Positions 13,001 through 23,475 of a stretch of DNA of 64,000 nt are shown piece by piece. The notes beneath the pieces are model-generated. The model had not been told where the DNA came from and did no database searches. It saw only the letters and a program-made list of their open reading frames with translations. The translations under genes were made by a program, and so were the position numbers. The number at the start of each line of letters is the position of its first letter. Within the stretch, counting starts at the first letter, position 1. This DNA comes from Antedon mediterranea (Eukaryota > Animalia > Echinodermata), in contig NC_092674.1 in the NCBI RefSeq assembly GCF_964355755.1, positions 2,852,001 through 2,916,000 of the forward strand. Direction: 5' to 3'.

Positions 13001-15202
13001 TGTTTAATTGTCATTTCTTCTGAAGAAGCTGTCAAGCAGGTTAGTTTTGTTAATTTTTTTGTTTCCTAAAAAAAATTACATAATTGTACCATATACACTT
13101 GAGTTGAACTCTGATGGAATTGGTAGTCAATCAGTTTTAACCAATAAGCTACAACTCCATTCCTATACTTTACTATTATTATTGTTCTCAAATAAAATAT
13201 TCCAAGTCAATTTATATTTTGTAATGCTTATTTTTGTATTTATATATTCATTCATTCAATCATTCAATCTTTTATTTCGGAAACTCTGGTCCATAGAAAG
13301 TAAATTACATATAAATGAAATAAATAAAATAAACAAAATTACTACTAAATATCATTATACTGTATTTTCTTTTTTTGTGTATGTAACGTTCTTGTTTGTG
13401 GGCCTCTGGACTTTCCCCAAGTCTGTATTTATTATTTTTGTCTGAATTACAAGCTCAAGTAGTATACGTAAATATTTATCTTTTTACTAATATTATTAAG
13501 TCAAAACTCCGCCTGGAGCCCAGAATATTTTATGTCACCTTGATCATGAAAGAAAATTTAATCAAATAGGAAATAATAATATTTTACTTTTGTTTGTTTT
13601 TCGTAGAACCATGTTGCGAATATATATATTTAATTGTGATTTTATCGATCATTGTTAGCTGCGCCTTGATTACTCTTATAATACTTCTTTGGATTTATAA
13701 GCGATACAATATCACGATCACCTTGCTCTACTCCAACAGCCGACCTCTGAAAGATGACGCTGGTAAGTTGTTGTACGTTACCACATTCATCGGGGTGGGC
13801 CAGGTTAGGCCTGGGTAATCCAACAGTTGACCTCTGAAAGATGATGCTGGTATTAAGTTGTTGTACGTTACCACATTTATCGGGGTGGGCCAGGTTGGGC
13901 CTGGGTAATCAAACAGTTGACCTCTGAAAGAAGATGATGCTGGTAAGTTGTTGTATGTTATTGAAATTATCGGAGTGGGGAGGTTAAGCCTGGGTAATTT
14001 CCCCAGCGGCTGGGAGTCCTTCATCCACCGCTGATTCCATGTGTATTCATTGAAAATTAACCAGCCTAAGTTAAGTTTCCCAGCATAAATGTTTATTTTA
14101 AGATCTTCTAATTTTCAACAGCAGTAAAAACAAGTTTTTTTTTTTAAACAGAATGCAAACAGTATGATGCCTTTATTGCCTACAGTGAGGCAGATGATGA
14201 TGTCAATTTTGTTATCAATACACTACTGCCGTTTTTCAACAAGCACAACTTTTCCGTCTGCATTCGGGATATCAACTTCTTACCCGGTGGAGGTCAGTAT
14301 TCAATCAAAAGTTTGACCCCGTGAAAACTTTCCTAAACATGTCAATGCTTCTTTCGCATTGAAATACTTTCTTATTGAACTTTTATATGCAAATATAAAT
14401 ACCTTCACATACAGTGTCAAATATGTATCACATGTTGTGCCTGTATTATGTTAAGATTTAGAAGGCATATTACACAGGTGTCACATGTGATACATATGTT
14501 ACACTGTATCACAGAATTTGCCTATGATGCCAAATTATACAGTATAAATAAGTTAAACATACAGTACCCAATACAGCAGGGTGGCCAACGAAGAAAACAA
14601 AATTATGCTAGGTGGCAGCACCAGGTTACTACGCACAATTATGGACAAAATGTCACAAGGGCGGTATATGAATATGTTGTATGTAAAGGGGGGAAAAGAG
14701 TTATAATGTTTTTGGCCAAATTATGCTAGATTTGATAACAAATGGGTTGTTTTTTTCAAGAAAATGCTAGATGTCAGATGGGTCCAAATTATGCTAGATT
14801 TGGCCACTATGCTATACAGTATAATCTAAATACAATAATTTTGTTTCAGAACGATTTCATGATAGCACAGCAGCGGTGCAGGCAAGTCATCGAACCATTC
14901 TCATTTTGTCTCCAGAATTTATCAACAGTTCATACTGTAACTACGAGTTTGAAGTTGCATTTCAAAACATGATCGATTTGGGCAAAGGTCATAAAATTGT
15001 CCCGATTTGTTTTCAAAACTTGTCAAAAAATCGAGTGAAAGAATTCAAACAATTAGAAAGACTGTTGTTAATTGTGAATAAATTATGCTGGGTTGAAGAT
15101 AAATCGGACATATTCTTTCAAATGCTGCTGAAATGTATGCCGAGGAAAACAACAGAATTTGTGAATGATCCGTGTGTAGCAAGATTTTACTCTCCGGCTT
15201 AA
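10024..15202 (+). CDS. IL-1 receptor-like Ig-Ig-TM-TIR protein, copy 2 (complete)
   Basis: Exons 10024-10141 (signal peptide), 10576-10902 (Ig: LYCC..IYWYK..GSYIC), 11187-11400 + 12710-12873 (second Ig), 13607-13762 (TM), 14152-14292 (YDAFIAYS..CIRDINFLPGG), 14850-15202 (SHRTILILSPEF..YCNYEF). Intron phases and the 141-nt TIR exon match copy 1. Confidence 0.88.
11422..12074. mobile_element. Non-autonomous DNA transposon with CCCGGGGG..GTCACT termini
   Basis: Inverted termini cccgggggggtcact / agtgacccccggg in TA-rich context; GC-richer interior; no long ORF. Confidence 0.6.
13731..13998. repeat. ~88-bp tandem triplication spanning the TM-exon splice donor
   Basis: Three copies of caacag..gacctctgaaagatga(c/t)gctggt..aagttgttgtacgttaccacatt..atcggggtgggccaggtt(a/g)ggcctgggtaat. 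Confidence 0.85.
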
Positions 15203-16170
15203 AAATTGCAAATTTACAGTGGCGTTTTCAGAATTTTGGATAGGTAGTGGGACAGGGCCTGAAAAAGAATTGCTAAACCAAACCTAATGTCATTTCTCTT
15301 GCATTTTAATATCTGAAATTCAAAATTTAGGGATAGAGGGGCTGGAACCCCTTGGATCCTATGAATAAGGTTGTGTAAAATCAGTACTTATGACACCCTT
15401 ATTCAGGGAAGGATTTTGAGAAATGAACAAGCAGCAATAGAATATTGTTATATGTTTTATGTATTCATTCAAGGAGGCTTTGCTACAGTATTTCAAATGT
15501 TAAAGTATTTCAATTTAGTAATAAATTAATGGTACAATTTACAGCTATTAAATCATAAATACTGTAAATGGTTATGATGAAATCTAATTTCTTTAGAAAA
15601 CTTGGGGGAAAAAAATAATTCAATTTTAAAGTTGCTTGTAAAGGATTCTATGTACAAATAATGGTATTCTTAAGTATTGTATATCTGAGATAATAAATTT
15701 AAATAATTGCAGTGTGTATTTTAACTTACTATTAATATAAATAATAAATTAAACATGATAACCACAGATTTATTTATTTATGAACTATGTTCAAAATTTA
15801 TTTACATTTACAATTGTATATAGTACAGTTCTATAAAGCATGGTATTCAGAAGCACATTCTGGCTACCACCCAGTGGTGTAACTTAGAGGCCTCTGGTTT
15901 AAGAACCTTAAGTGGCCCTGGAGGCCTTAGGCGTTTTTAGCCCTTTTCAACATATTTGAATGCCTGTTTTTTTCTCTGGGCTCGGCTCAGGGGACTGTGT
16001 GGATTTTATAGCTTTTACACCACTGCTTTTGCTTACTAGGCTTAACAACAAAGATTATACTGTTATCAAGCACTCTACTCATGATTTGTATTTTAAGATA
16101 CTACAAGAAGTTTCCCTTAAGCTACAGCCTCTGCTCCATTATAGTATAGTGCTGCTATCACAAGACATTG

Positions 16171-18670
16171 TTACCTCCTTGAGTACTTGTGAGAATCGTG
16201 ATTCTTCCTCATGTAAGGACTTCTCGACCTTTCTCTTCTGTTACTATACAGATCATTCCTTTCATTATGTCTTTCTCTTCTTCCTTCTCTTACTCTATCT
16301 TGTTCTCTACTTTTTTCTTTTCTATTTCTTCCCTCTGTATCTCTTGTTTCTCTATCGTTCCATTCATCTTGATCTCGATCATTCCTTTCTCGTCTGTCGT
16401 GTTCTCTAGAATACCTATCATAATCTTGTTTACCACCATTTACCGAGTATCCACCTTTTCTTCTCTTCATGTCGTCTTTACGCTCATCATCATTATACCT
16501 AAGATCCGATAGTCTTTCATTATGTTCACTTTTTACTTGTCGTTGGTTAGATCGTTGGTTATATTCTTGCCGGTCGTAACCTGGGTCATATTTTTCCTGT
16601 TTTATCTTCACCCGTTGTTGTTCCTCCTCGCTGTCATCACTGCTTCCAGAACTTGAATCCTTTTTCTTTTTTTTCTTCTTTTTTGCCTTCTTTGATTTCT
16701 TTAATTTTTCTGGAAAAAATGAATCAATATGAATTAAACAAATCAGATTATGCAGAAGTGAAATTCTCAACAAAAGAAAATACTAGTACAGTACTGTTTT
16801 ATACATGGACATGATGTCATATCACTATTATATTTAAGCATATCACATATTTGGGCACATCACACTTGTTTTGTCAAACTCGTTTGATAGTGCAGACAGA
16901 GCTTTAGTAAAGTAAATACTGCATTGTACCTTTCTTTATTTTTGTAACAGGCAGTAATAATTCTTCATCTTCAGATTTGACTGGAGATGGTATTTTAGGC
17001 GCACATCCTTCTTTGTGTAGCTTTTGTAACTCCTCACCATCATTATCGTTCTCCTTCGGGGCACGATACTCATTTACGTGATCAACTCTGATAGTTCGAC
17101 CTAAAATCTAAAAGTACAAAAAGCATTCCATTACGCCTGGGAAATTCCACGTAATTCAAAGAATGATACATACACATAATTAAAATAAATTAAACAAAAT
17201 AATTAAAGTCTAAAATGAAATATATATAAATACAAAAATAGGAATTATCGTTTTGATTTAGTTTTTTTTTATATTTTGTATCTCCTACTGATACCCACAG
17301 CATTGTTATTTTTTTATTGTGTATCTCCATTGAGATCCAGTCACTGATACCCACAGCATTGTAATTTTTTCAGTGCTTATTTTATTTTTTATCTCCATTG
17401 AGATCCAGCCACTGATACCCACAGCATTGTCATTTTTTCAGTGCTTATTTTATTTTGTATCTCCATTGAGATCTAGCCACTGATACCCACAGCATTGTCA
17501 TTTTTTCAGTGCTTATTTTATTTTGTATCTCCATTGAGATCCAGCCAATTTGCCTTTGAATGTATTTGATATACTGTGACTGTGATGGTTGATACCTTGA
17601 AACCGTTTAGATTGTCGACTGCAAGTATTGTGCTGCGCTGGTCTTCATATGCAATGAAGCAAAACCCTTGTGATTTTCCTGTTTTCTTATCTCTAACAAG
17701 GTTTATGTTGACAATTTCACCATATCTATAAAAAAAAAACCATAGTTAGTATATAATTTATCACTCTGGCTGCAAATTTTATTTTATTCTAAATATTATA
17801 ATAGATGTAAATGTATTATCAATTCCTACAAAAAAAAAAGATTTATATGTCACATATTCAATTTAAAAAGACAATTGAGTTGAGACTATTGCATACACAC
17901 AAAGTAGGACATTTGTTGGGACTTACTGCGAAAATATGCATAACACGTCTCCCTCTGTCAGATCGAAAGGAAGCCCTCCAATGTAGATATAGGCACTGTC
18001 CTTGTACTGCTGGTGCCAAGACTGTTTAGAAGAAATGCCATACTCAGCCTCCAACTCGTTTAACTTATTAATGTTCTTAATATTTGTCAAAGGACTGTAA
18101 AAAATACAAATTTATACATTTTAATACTCTCTACTAACTAGCTAGGGTCTAGCCTAGTAGTAGGCCTACTATCTAGGCCTAGGCCTAAATAAGGGCTAGG
18201 CTAATAAGACGAAATAATATTAGGCCTAGCTAGCCTAGCCTAGCTAGTAGGCCTACTAGTACTATAATAATAATTTAAGTTCTAATTATTATCAATATGC
18301 CTCGGTCTAGCTAGCTAGGCCCACTCTAATAGTTATCCGATACTAGCTAGGCTAAAAGTCTATCAGGGGACCTACCTTGCTAGGCTTAGTCCCTTAGGCT
18401 TAAACCACTGTACATGCAGTATTGTCGCGGCCGCATATAGGCCTAGCCTTCGTTCCTTCCTAGTTTGTTGTCGCTGGGACGATGTTCACGAAACGGTAGG
18501 CCTAGCTCTAACTAACTAGAAAATATGGTTATTTTTGTAACATAATAGCATTATATAGTGCTAGAAACCGTACTATGATGTACATTGATTATTATTATCC
18601 TTTAAAATATCATTTTTCTAGTTTAATTGATGTAACAATTATCAATATTACGACACTAAACTTACTTCAT
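16171..18670 (-). CDS. RBMX2: RNA-binding motif protein X-linked 2 (RES complex subunit, Snu17/Ist3 orthologue)
   Basis: Exons 18670-18666 (ATGAA|GTAAG), 18094-17927, 17725-17596, 17107-16930, 16709-16171 give [101 protein letters not shown] plus a K/R/D/E/S-rich tail. Confidence 0.95.
17278..17546. repeat. ~66-bp tandem repeat family (also ~36640-36950 and a fragment ~38990-39035)
   Basis: Unit tgtatctccattgagatccagccactgatacccacagcattgtcattttttcagtgcttattttattt. Confidence 0.85.
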
Positions 18671-19258
18671 GTTTACGATACGATTACGGCAACTTCTTCA
18701 AATGTATGCGATTTTCGATGTATTAATTAAGAAAACAAGATTTAAAATGTTCATACAATTTAATTTATTTACATAAATTTATATTTAATCATGGTTGAAC
18801 TATAAAAAATATTAATAATTTTCGATAAATTATAGAAAACAAAATCTGTCTAAATTTATTTAAAAGTTTAATTTAAATGAAATTAAAGAGAATCACCTCC
18901 TAAGACAGGTCTTTATCACATCCACTGAAATGTTAAGTTGTTTTGTAAAGGGAAAACAGGTTGTTTGAATTTTGTGTTTTTTATCCGCAGTATTTTCTGT
19001 TTTTACTGTTTTTTAGGACATTTCTTAACAAAATTAAATCTGTGAGTGGTCATTGATAATAGGTGAAATACTATATTTATGTTTATTGAAAATGGCCATC
19101 CATTAATTAAAACTCTGTTGATTGGTTAGTAATAGTATTGTATTTGTAAGTGTTGTACACAAATTAATATTTATAGTAGACCTACTGTGTCCGTAGGCCA
19201 ACAATTGTAATCTAATTATATAATTATTATGAAATATTTTGCAGAATACTGTGACAAA

Positions 19259-20191
19259 ATGGCACAACACTGGGTTGAAGAATTATTCCCGCCAACATTC
19301 AAGTATAACAGTCTTGGCGAACTATTAACCAATGAAAAGCAACTACAAGAGATGAAAACGACTAAATTTGAACCATGCACAAACTCCAGAACATCTGAGC
19401 CAATTGACAAAATATACGATCGTGTACGGTTATCATACAATAACGACGTGGAAGCAAGAAAGCAGAAATGTATCCAAGTTGGAAATCCACTAAGAAAATC
19501 TCAACAGAAATCTACAATTGAATCGCCAACTGTTTCTACCACCGCCACCAACGAAGATTCCTGTCTATGGACGAATTATGAGATGAAAATTCTGCGGGGC
19601 TCTTATCAAACAATGAAAACAGAAAAATGTAAAATTGAACAAGAGTTGAAAGTTTTAAAAAGTGCTTTAAAAGAGAAAGAAGAAAAACTTAAACTTTATC
19701 GCAAAAAGTTTGAAAATAAATGTAAAGTTGTGAAAAGATTATCTGAAGAAAATGCGCATAAAGAAATAGAGTGTAACGACCTTTGTAAGGAATTAAAAGC
19801 AGCGCAGTCCGTTGAAGTATTTTTACGTGAAGATATTGCAGATTTAGAAAATCAGAAACACTCGCAACAAAAAGTTATTGGAGGATTACGAAAAGATTTG
19901 GCGCAAGAGAAGAGAAATCGTACGCAAATTAGTCTCGATTTGGCAGAAATTCAACAGAAGTTTGAGCATGAAAGTGAACTTCGGGAAGAAAGAATACGAT
20001 TGGAATACGAAATTGAAATTAAAAAACTTTGTAAACAAATTGATAAGTTAGTAAAAGAGCTGGATAAAGAGAAAAATGATCATGTGATCAGTAAAAAAGG
20101 ACTTGACCACTTGAGGGCTCACTTTGCAGGAATAATTGACATTACTAATGAGGACAACACTAATGAATTAAACAAATTTACTTTATACTAA
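19259..20191 (+). CDS. CCDC160: Coiled-coil domain-containing protein 160-like (single coding exon)
   Basis: Open 310-aa frame from MAQHWVEELFPPTF after acceptor ttttgcag (19244). The N-terminal HW.E..F.P.F motif and C-terminal ..YEIEIKKL..ELDKEK..KKGLDHLRAHF recall vertebrate CCDC160 (from memory, not a search). AATAAA at 20239. Confidence 0.7.
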   Translation: MAQHWVEELFPPTFKYNSLGELLTNEKQLQEMKTTKFEPCTNSRTSEPIDKIYDRVRLSYNNDVEARKQKCIQVGNPLRKSQQKSTIESPTVSTTATNEDSCLWTNYEMKILRGSYQTMKTEKCKIEQELKVLKSALKEKEEKLKLYRKKFENKCKVVKRLSEENAHKEIECNDLCKELKAAQSVEVFLREDIADLENQKHSQQKVIGGLRKDLAQEKRNRTQISLDLAEIQQKFEHESELREERIRLEYEIEIKKLCKQIDKLVKELDKEKNDHVISKKGLDHLRAHFAGIIDITNEDNTNELNKFTLY

Positions 20192-20538
20192 AACCAAACC
20201 AATACTACAGTATATGAATTAATTTTGAAATTTTAAAGCAATAAAATATTAAATACAGATAGTTAATAAATTGAAGACTTTTTATTACTCGTGGTACCTG
20301 AGTCTAGAAATCTGTCATCTTCTCTTCCATCAGACACTATTGAGTAAAAAGTGCGATTTATAAAGTACTACTCCTCCCTTATCCGTTGTAGTATTGAGCT
20401 GGGATTTAGCATGAATATACTACAGGGACATGTCCTCAAAGCTATAGGTTTTTTAATTTCAAACCGGATGCAGCCATATGACATCTCGAAGATGGTACCG
20501 TATAGCCGTATTTGGTAGTGAGGTTATTGATGTGTATG

Positions 20539-20566
20539 TGACGTCACATCTCGTCTTATGACGTCA
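20539..20566. promoter_or_regulatory. Two perfect CRE octamers (TGACGTCA) spaced 20 bp
   Basis: TGACGTCA at 20539-20546 and 20559-20566, upstream of the putative non-coding exon (donor G|GTAAGT at 21121/21122) of the secreted precursor gene. Confidence 0.6.
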
Positions 20567-21412
20567 TTACAGCTTCTTTTGCTGTACCCTGAGTATCGCA
20601 CATTTGTGCTTCTTCTAGAGAATTAGTTTGGCAATCAAACAGTACAGTTAGTACAAGCAATATTGCTATTCGCTATCATCTGTCTATTCCGCACCATCGT
20701 TTAAATATTTCACCAATCACCACTCCCCATATCTCATAATTCAATTTCAATAAAAATACAAACAACTTTTAGCATCAACAATCAATCACAAAGGTTGGCA
20801 GACATTACATAATATTAATAAAGTGATAAAGATTGTAAGAATGGGGCAAGGCAGATCTTTACAGATATTGTTGCCATCTGCTTCAAATTAATTATCATTA
20901 ACACTAATTAAAATTCTGTAATCTTAATTTATTATGCAAATAAAATTAATTTACTTGCCAATGTATGTTAATTATTTTATTGTGATTACTAATTAAACAT
21001 GTCACAGATGTATTTTGTTCAACAAACTGCTGACCAATTTGTATCACAAGTTATTTTACTGGCTACTGGTGTGGTAACCATTATTAAGTTTATGCTTACA
21101 TAGGCGCTCCATACTTAAAAGGTAAGTCAACTATATTAAGCAGTCAAGTAATTTTGGTTTTAATAAAGATTTTTCTTTCATATTCTGTATGCCTACAAAT
21201 ATATTACTATCTTCAATACAAGGTTTTCACTATGAGTTAAAATTTTTCATTCAGAAAAACTAAATGGGGTTGGGGTACTAGTGGGGAATGGCCAAAAAAT
21301 GTGGAAATGCAGTTTAGTGCTGAACTTAACCTGATGGAGGGTTCTACCACCAGTTTTGATTTAAAAAAAAAAATTTCTTATTACTGATGCATTTGTTCTT
21401 CTCAGTATTGCA

Positions 21413-21838
21413 ATGGGTTTGAAAACAAACAAGTTGATCGTATTTCTGGCAATAAACGCAATTCTTTATCAGTCGGTTTGTGAAGCAAGCTTGCGTACCA
21501 AATTCCTTGGAGTTGCTTCACAAAGTAGCAGATCCAAGCGAAATTCTTTTGAGGGAATTTCAAATAACTTAATCCAACGCACTAAACGCAACAATGCAGT
21601 GGAACGTATCTTGATGCGTTATTGTCGGGATGATTCTGCCAAGGTGACTGGAACTACGACCACATCAAGTAACATGAGGAAAGGCAATCTGAATTGCATG
21701 CTGAAACAACTGTTTGAGAAATTGGCTGAAAAACAGGAAGTAACTCCTGCTGGTAACGCACAGACGGCAGTGACGCATACTGGTGGACAAAACTCTTTGA
21801 AGATCAACGATATCTTGGAAAAGTTCCAGCAGTTTTGA
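21413..21838 (+). CDS. Secreted prohormone/neuropeptide-like precursor, 141 aa
   Basis: Hydrophobic signal (LIVFLAINAILYQSVCEA), two RxKR convertase sites (RSKR, RTKR), two further Cys. Acceptor ttgttcttctcag ends at 21405, just before the ATG; double stop TGA TAG. Confidence 0.75.
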   Translation: MGLKTNKLIVFLAINAILYQSVCEASLRTKFLGVASQSSRSKRNSFEGISNNLIQRTKRNNAVERILMRYCRDDSAKVTGTTTTSSNMRKGNLNCMLKQLFEKLAEKQEVTPAGNAQTAVTHTGGQNSLKINDILEKFQQF

Positions 21839-21851
21839 TAGAAGTAAATAA

Positions 21852-22020
21852 AGCTCTGTCTACACTATCAAACTAGTTTGAAAAAAAAAAGTGTGATGTG
21901 CCCAATATGGTAGTGCTATGCCCAAATATGGTAGTGATATGACATCATCACGTCCATATACAGTATGGGCACAGTCACATGTTTTTGTCACATATGAAGT
22001 TTGATAGTGTAGACGGAGCT
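21852..22020. mobile_element. Harbinger/Tourist-type MITE family A (representative; ~17 copies in window)
   Basis: TIR AGCTCTGTCTACACTATCAAAC, 3-bp TAA/TTA flanks, internal 21-bp unit. Other copies approx. 3784-3920, 16805-16903, 24266-24381, 24901-25331 (split), 30144-30295, 33282-33437, 39141-39301, 39572-39726, 42319-42478, 43304-43451, 44717-44851, 45990-46146, 53905-54032, 55489-55624, 56018-56285, 58146-58285. Confidence 0.85.
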
Positions 22021-22928
22021 TAAGAAAGATAAATGTACCAGTAATATCTCCCAATATATTCTTACATTAGCAGTTGAAAAACAAGTGTATACCAAAATTA
22101 TGGATTTTAAATCTGGCGTGAAAGTTAACTGTAACTATTTTTTGATTCATGACTTTATAAAAACATTTTTTTTACAAATTTGGTAAATATATGGGTTTGT
22201 TTATAGATGAAAGTTGATATTTGTCATTATTACTGTACTAGTATTATAAAATATGTACTTTTTAAATTAATAGAAAATAATACTATTAACCACAATTAAA
22301 TCTTGTGTATCATATTTATTAGCAACAGTGATCATAAACTACTGTAGGTCTAGTGTATTTGGTTATCATTAAACCACTATATCAAACATAATCTCTACGT
22401 GTACAAAACTAAAATATATATATATATCTTTATACAATACAAATAAAATTATACCCTATAAAACGACAGCAATTTCTAAAATTTGCGTACATAGTTTTCT
22501 ACGTTCATCATACTGACTTATGTACAGTTTGAGCCTCATATGCAAAATCACTTAAAATACAGTTCAAGTACATAACAAAAGTATTGCACTACAATTTATG
22601 TAAAAAATAGTTGTTTATTTGTGAAAAAATTATTAAAAACTGTAATATATCGGTTTAAATTTCTATATTTTTAAACCAATATATAACAGTGTCTATGTTC
22701 AATGGAAAGTGTCCTAGAGTATTTCATTTATTTCAATGTGGAGGGAAATTGGGTTATTGTCTGGTTGGGGCGGGTCCAAGATTTGTGCTAACAATTAATG
22801 TTAATGATATATTTTTAATAATATAAACACATTAGGCATAGAACATTAATCCTAAACCGCTCGGTGATATACTGAAATTTAATTAATTAATTTGAAACGA
22901 TAAGATGAGGAAATCTTTGAGAATGAGA

Positions 22929-23003
22929 AAAAGTCGCCCCAACCAAGATTCAAACCTGGACCTTCTGCTTGATATGCAGATGTCCTAACCATTAGACCAT
23001 ATA
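22929..23003 (-). pseudogene. tRNA-derived element (tRNA pseudogene or SINE head)
   Basis: Minus strand: A-box TGGTCTAATGG, stem-loop tctgc-atatcaa-gcaga, T-arm ccagg-tttgaat-cttgg, then TTTTT; acceptor stem does not pair. Confidence 0.55.
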
Positions 23004-23230
23004 TATTGAAAAAATAATGTTCACATAATAGTTATTTACTTTGACCACTTTGACCATTATTTCTCCATGCTTTGACCAAAAATTGGGTCAAAACAAAATT
23101 AGTTACCTGAGAAAATAGTCCTATTGTCTTGTCGGACAATGAATTTTTAGTTAAATTTAACTGTTTATGTTGTCCTTTTGTAGTACATAAGTAGTAGTAA
23201 AGTAGTACATAATTCTATTTTGTTCACAAT

Positions 23231-23405
23231 ACACAATACTCATTGGATCTGTCATATTAGTGCTGACACAATACTCATTGGATCTGTCATATTAGTGCTG
23301 ACACAATACTCATTGGATCTGTCATATTAGTGCTGACACAATACTCATTGGATCTGTCATATTAGTGCTGACACAATACTCATTGGATCTGTCATAATAG
23401 TGCTG
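23231..23405. repeat. 35-bp tandem repeat x5
   Basis: acacaatactcattggatctgtcatattagtgctg repeated, in the inferred 3' UTR of the MVP-like gene. Confidence 0.95.
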
Positions 23406-23475
23406 ACATTGTTTTGGTAACCATTGTTTGATAATGTTTTGTACACAAGAACTGCCATGACATCTTTCTAAACCT

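Noticed and set aside
13008-13445. 145-aa hydrophobic ORF
   Set aside because: T-rich intron sequence with non-ATG start, inside receptor copy 2; no recognisable motif.
15960-16512. Hydrophobic + strand ORFs (149 and 107 aa)
   Set aside because: Antisense shadows of the purine-rich RBMX2 last exon.
22929-23003. Pol III-type element just downstream of the MVP-like gene as a vault RNA or functional tRNA
   Set aside because: Has tRNA-like D/anticodon/T arms but an unpaired acceptor stem and degenerate B-box; better explained as a tRNA-derived repeat. Proximity alone is not evidence.
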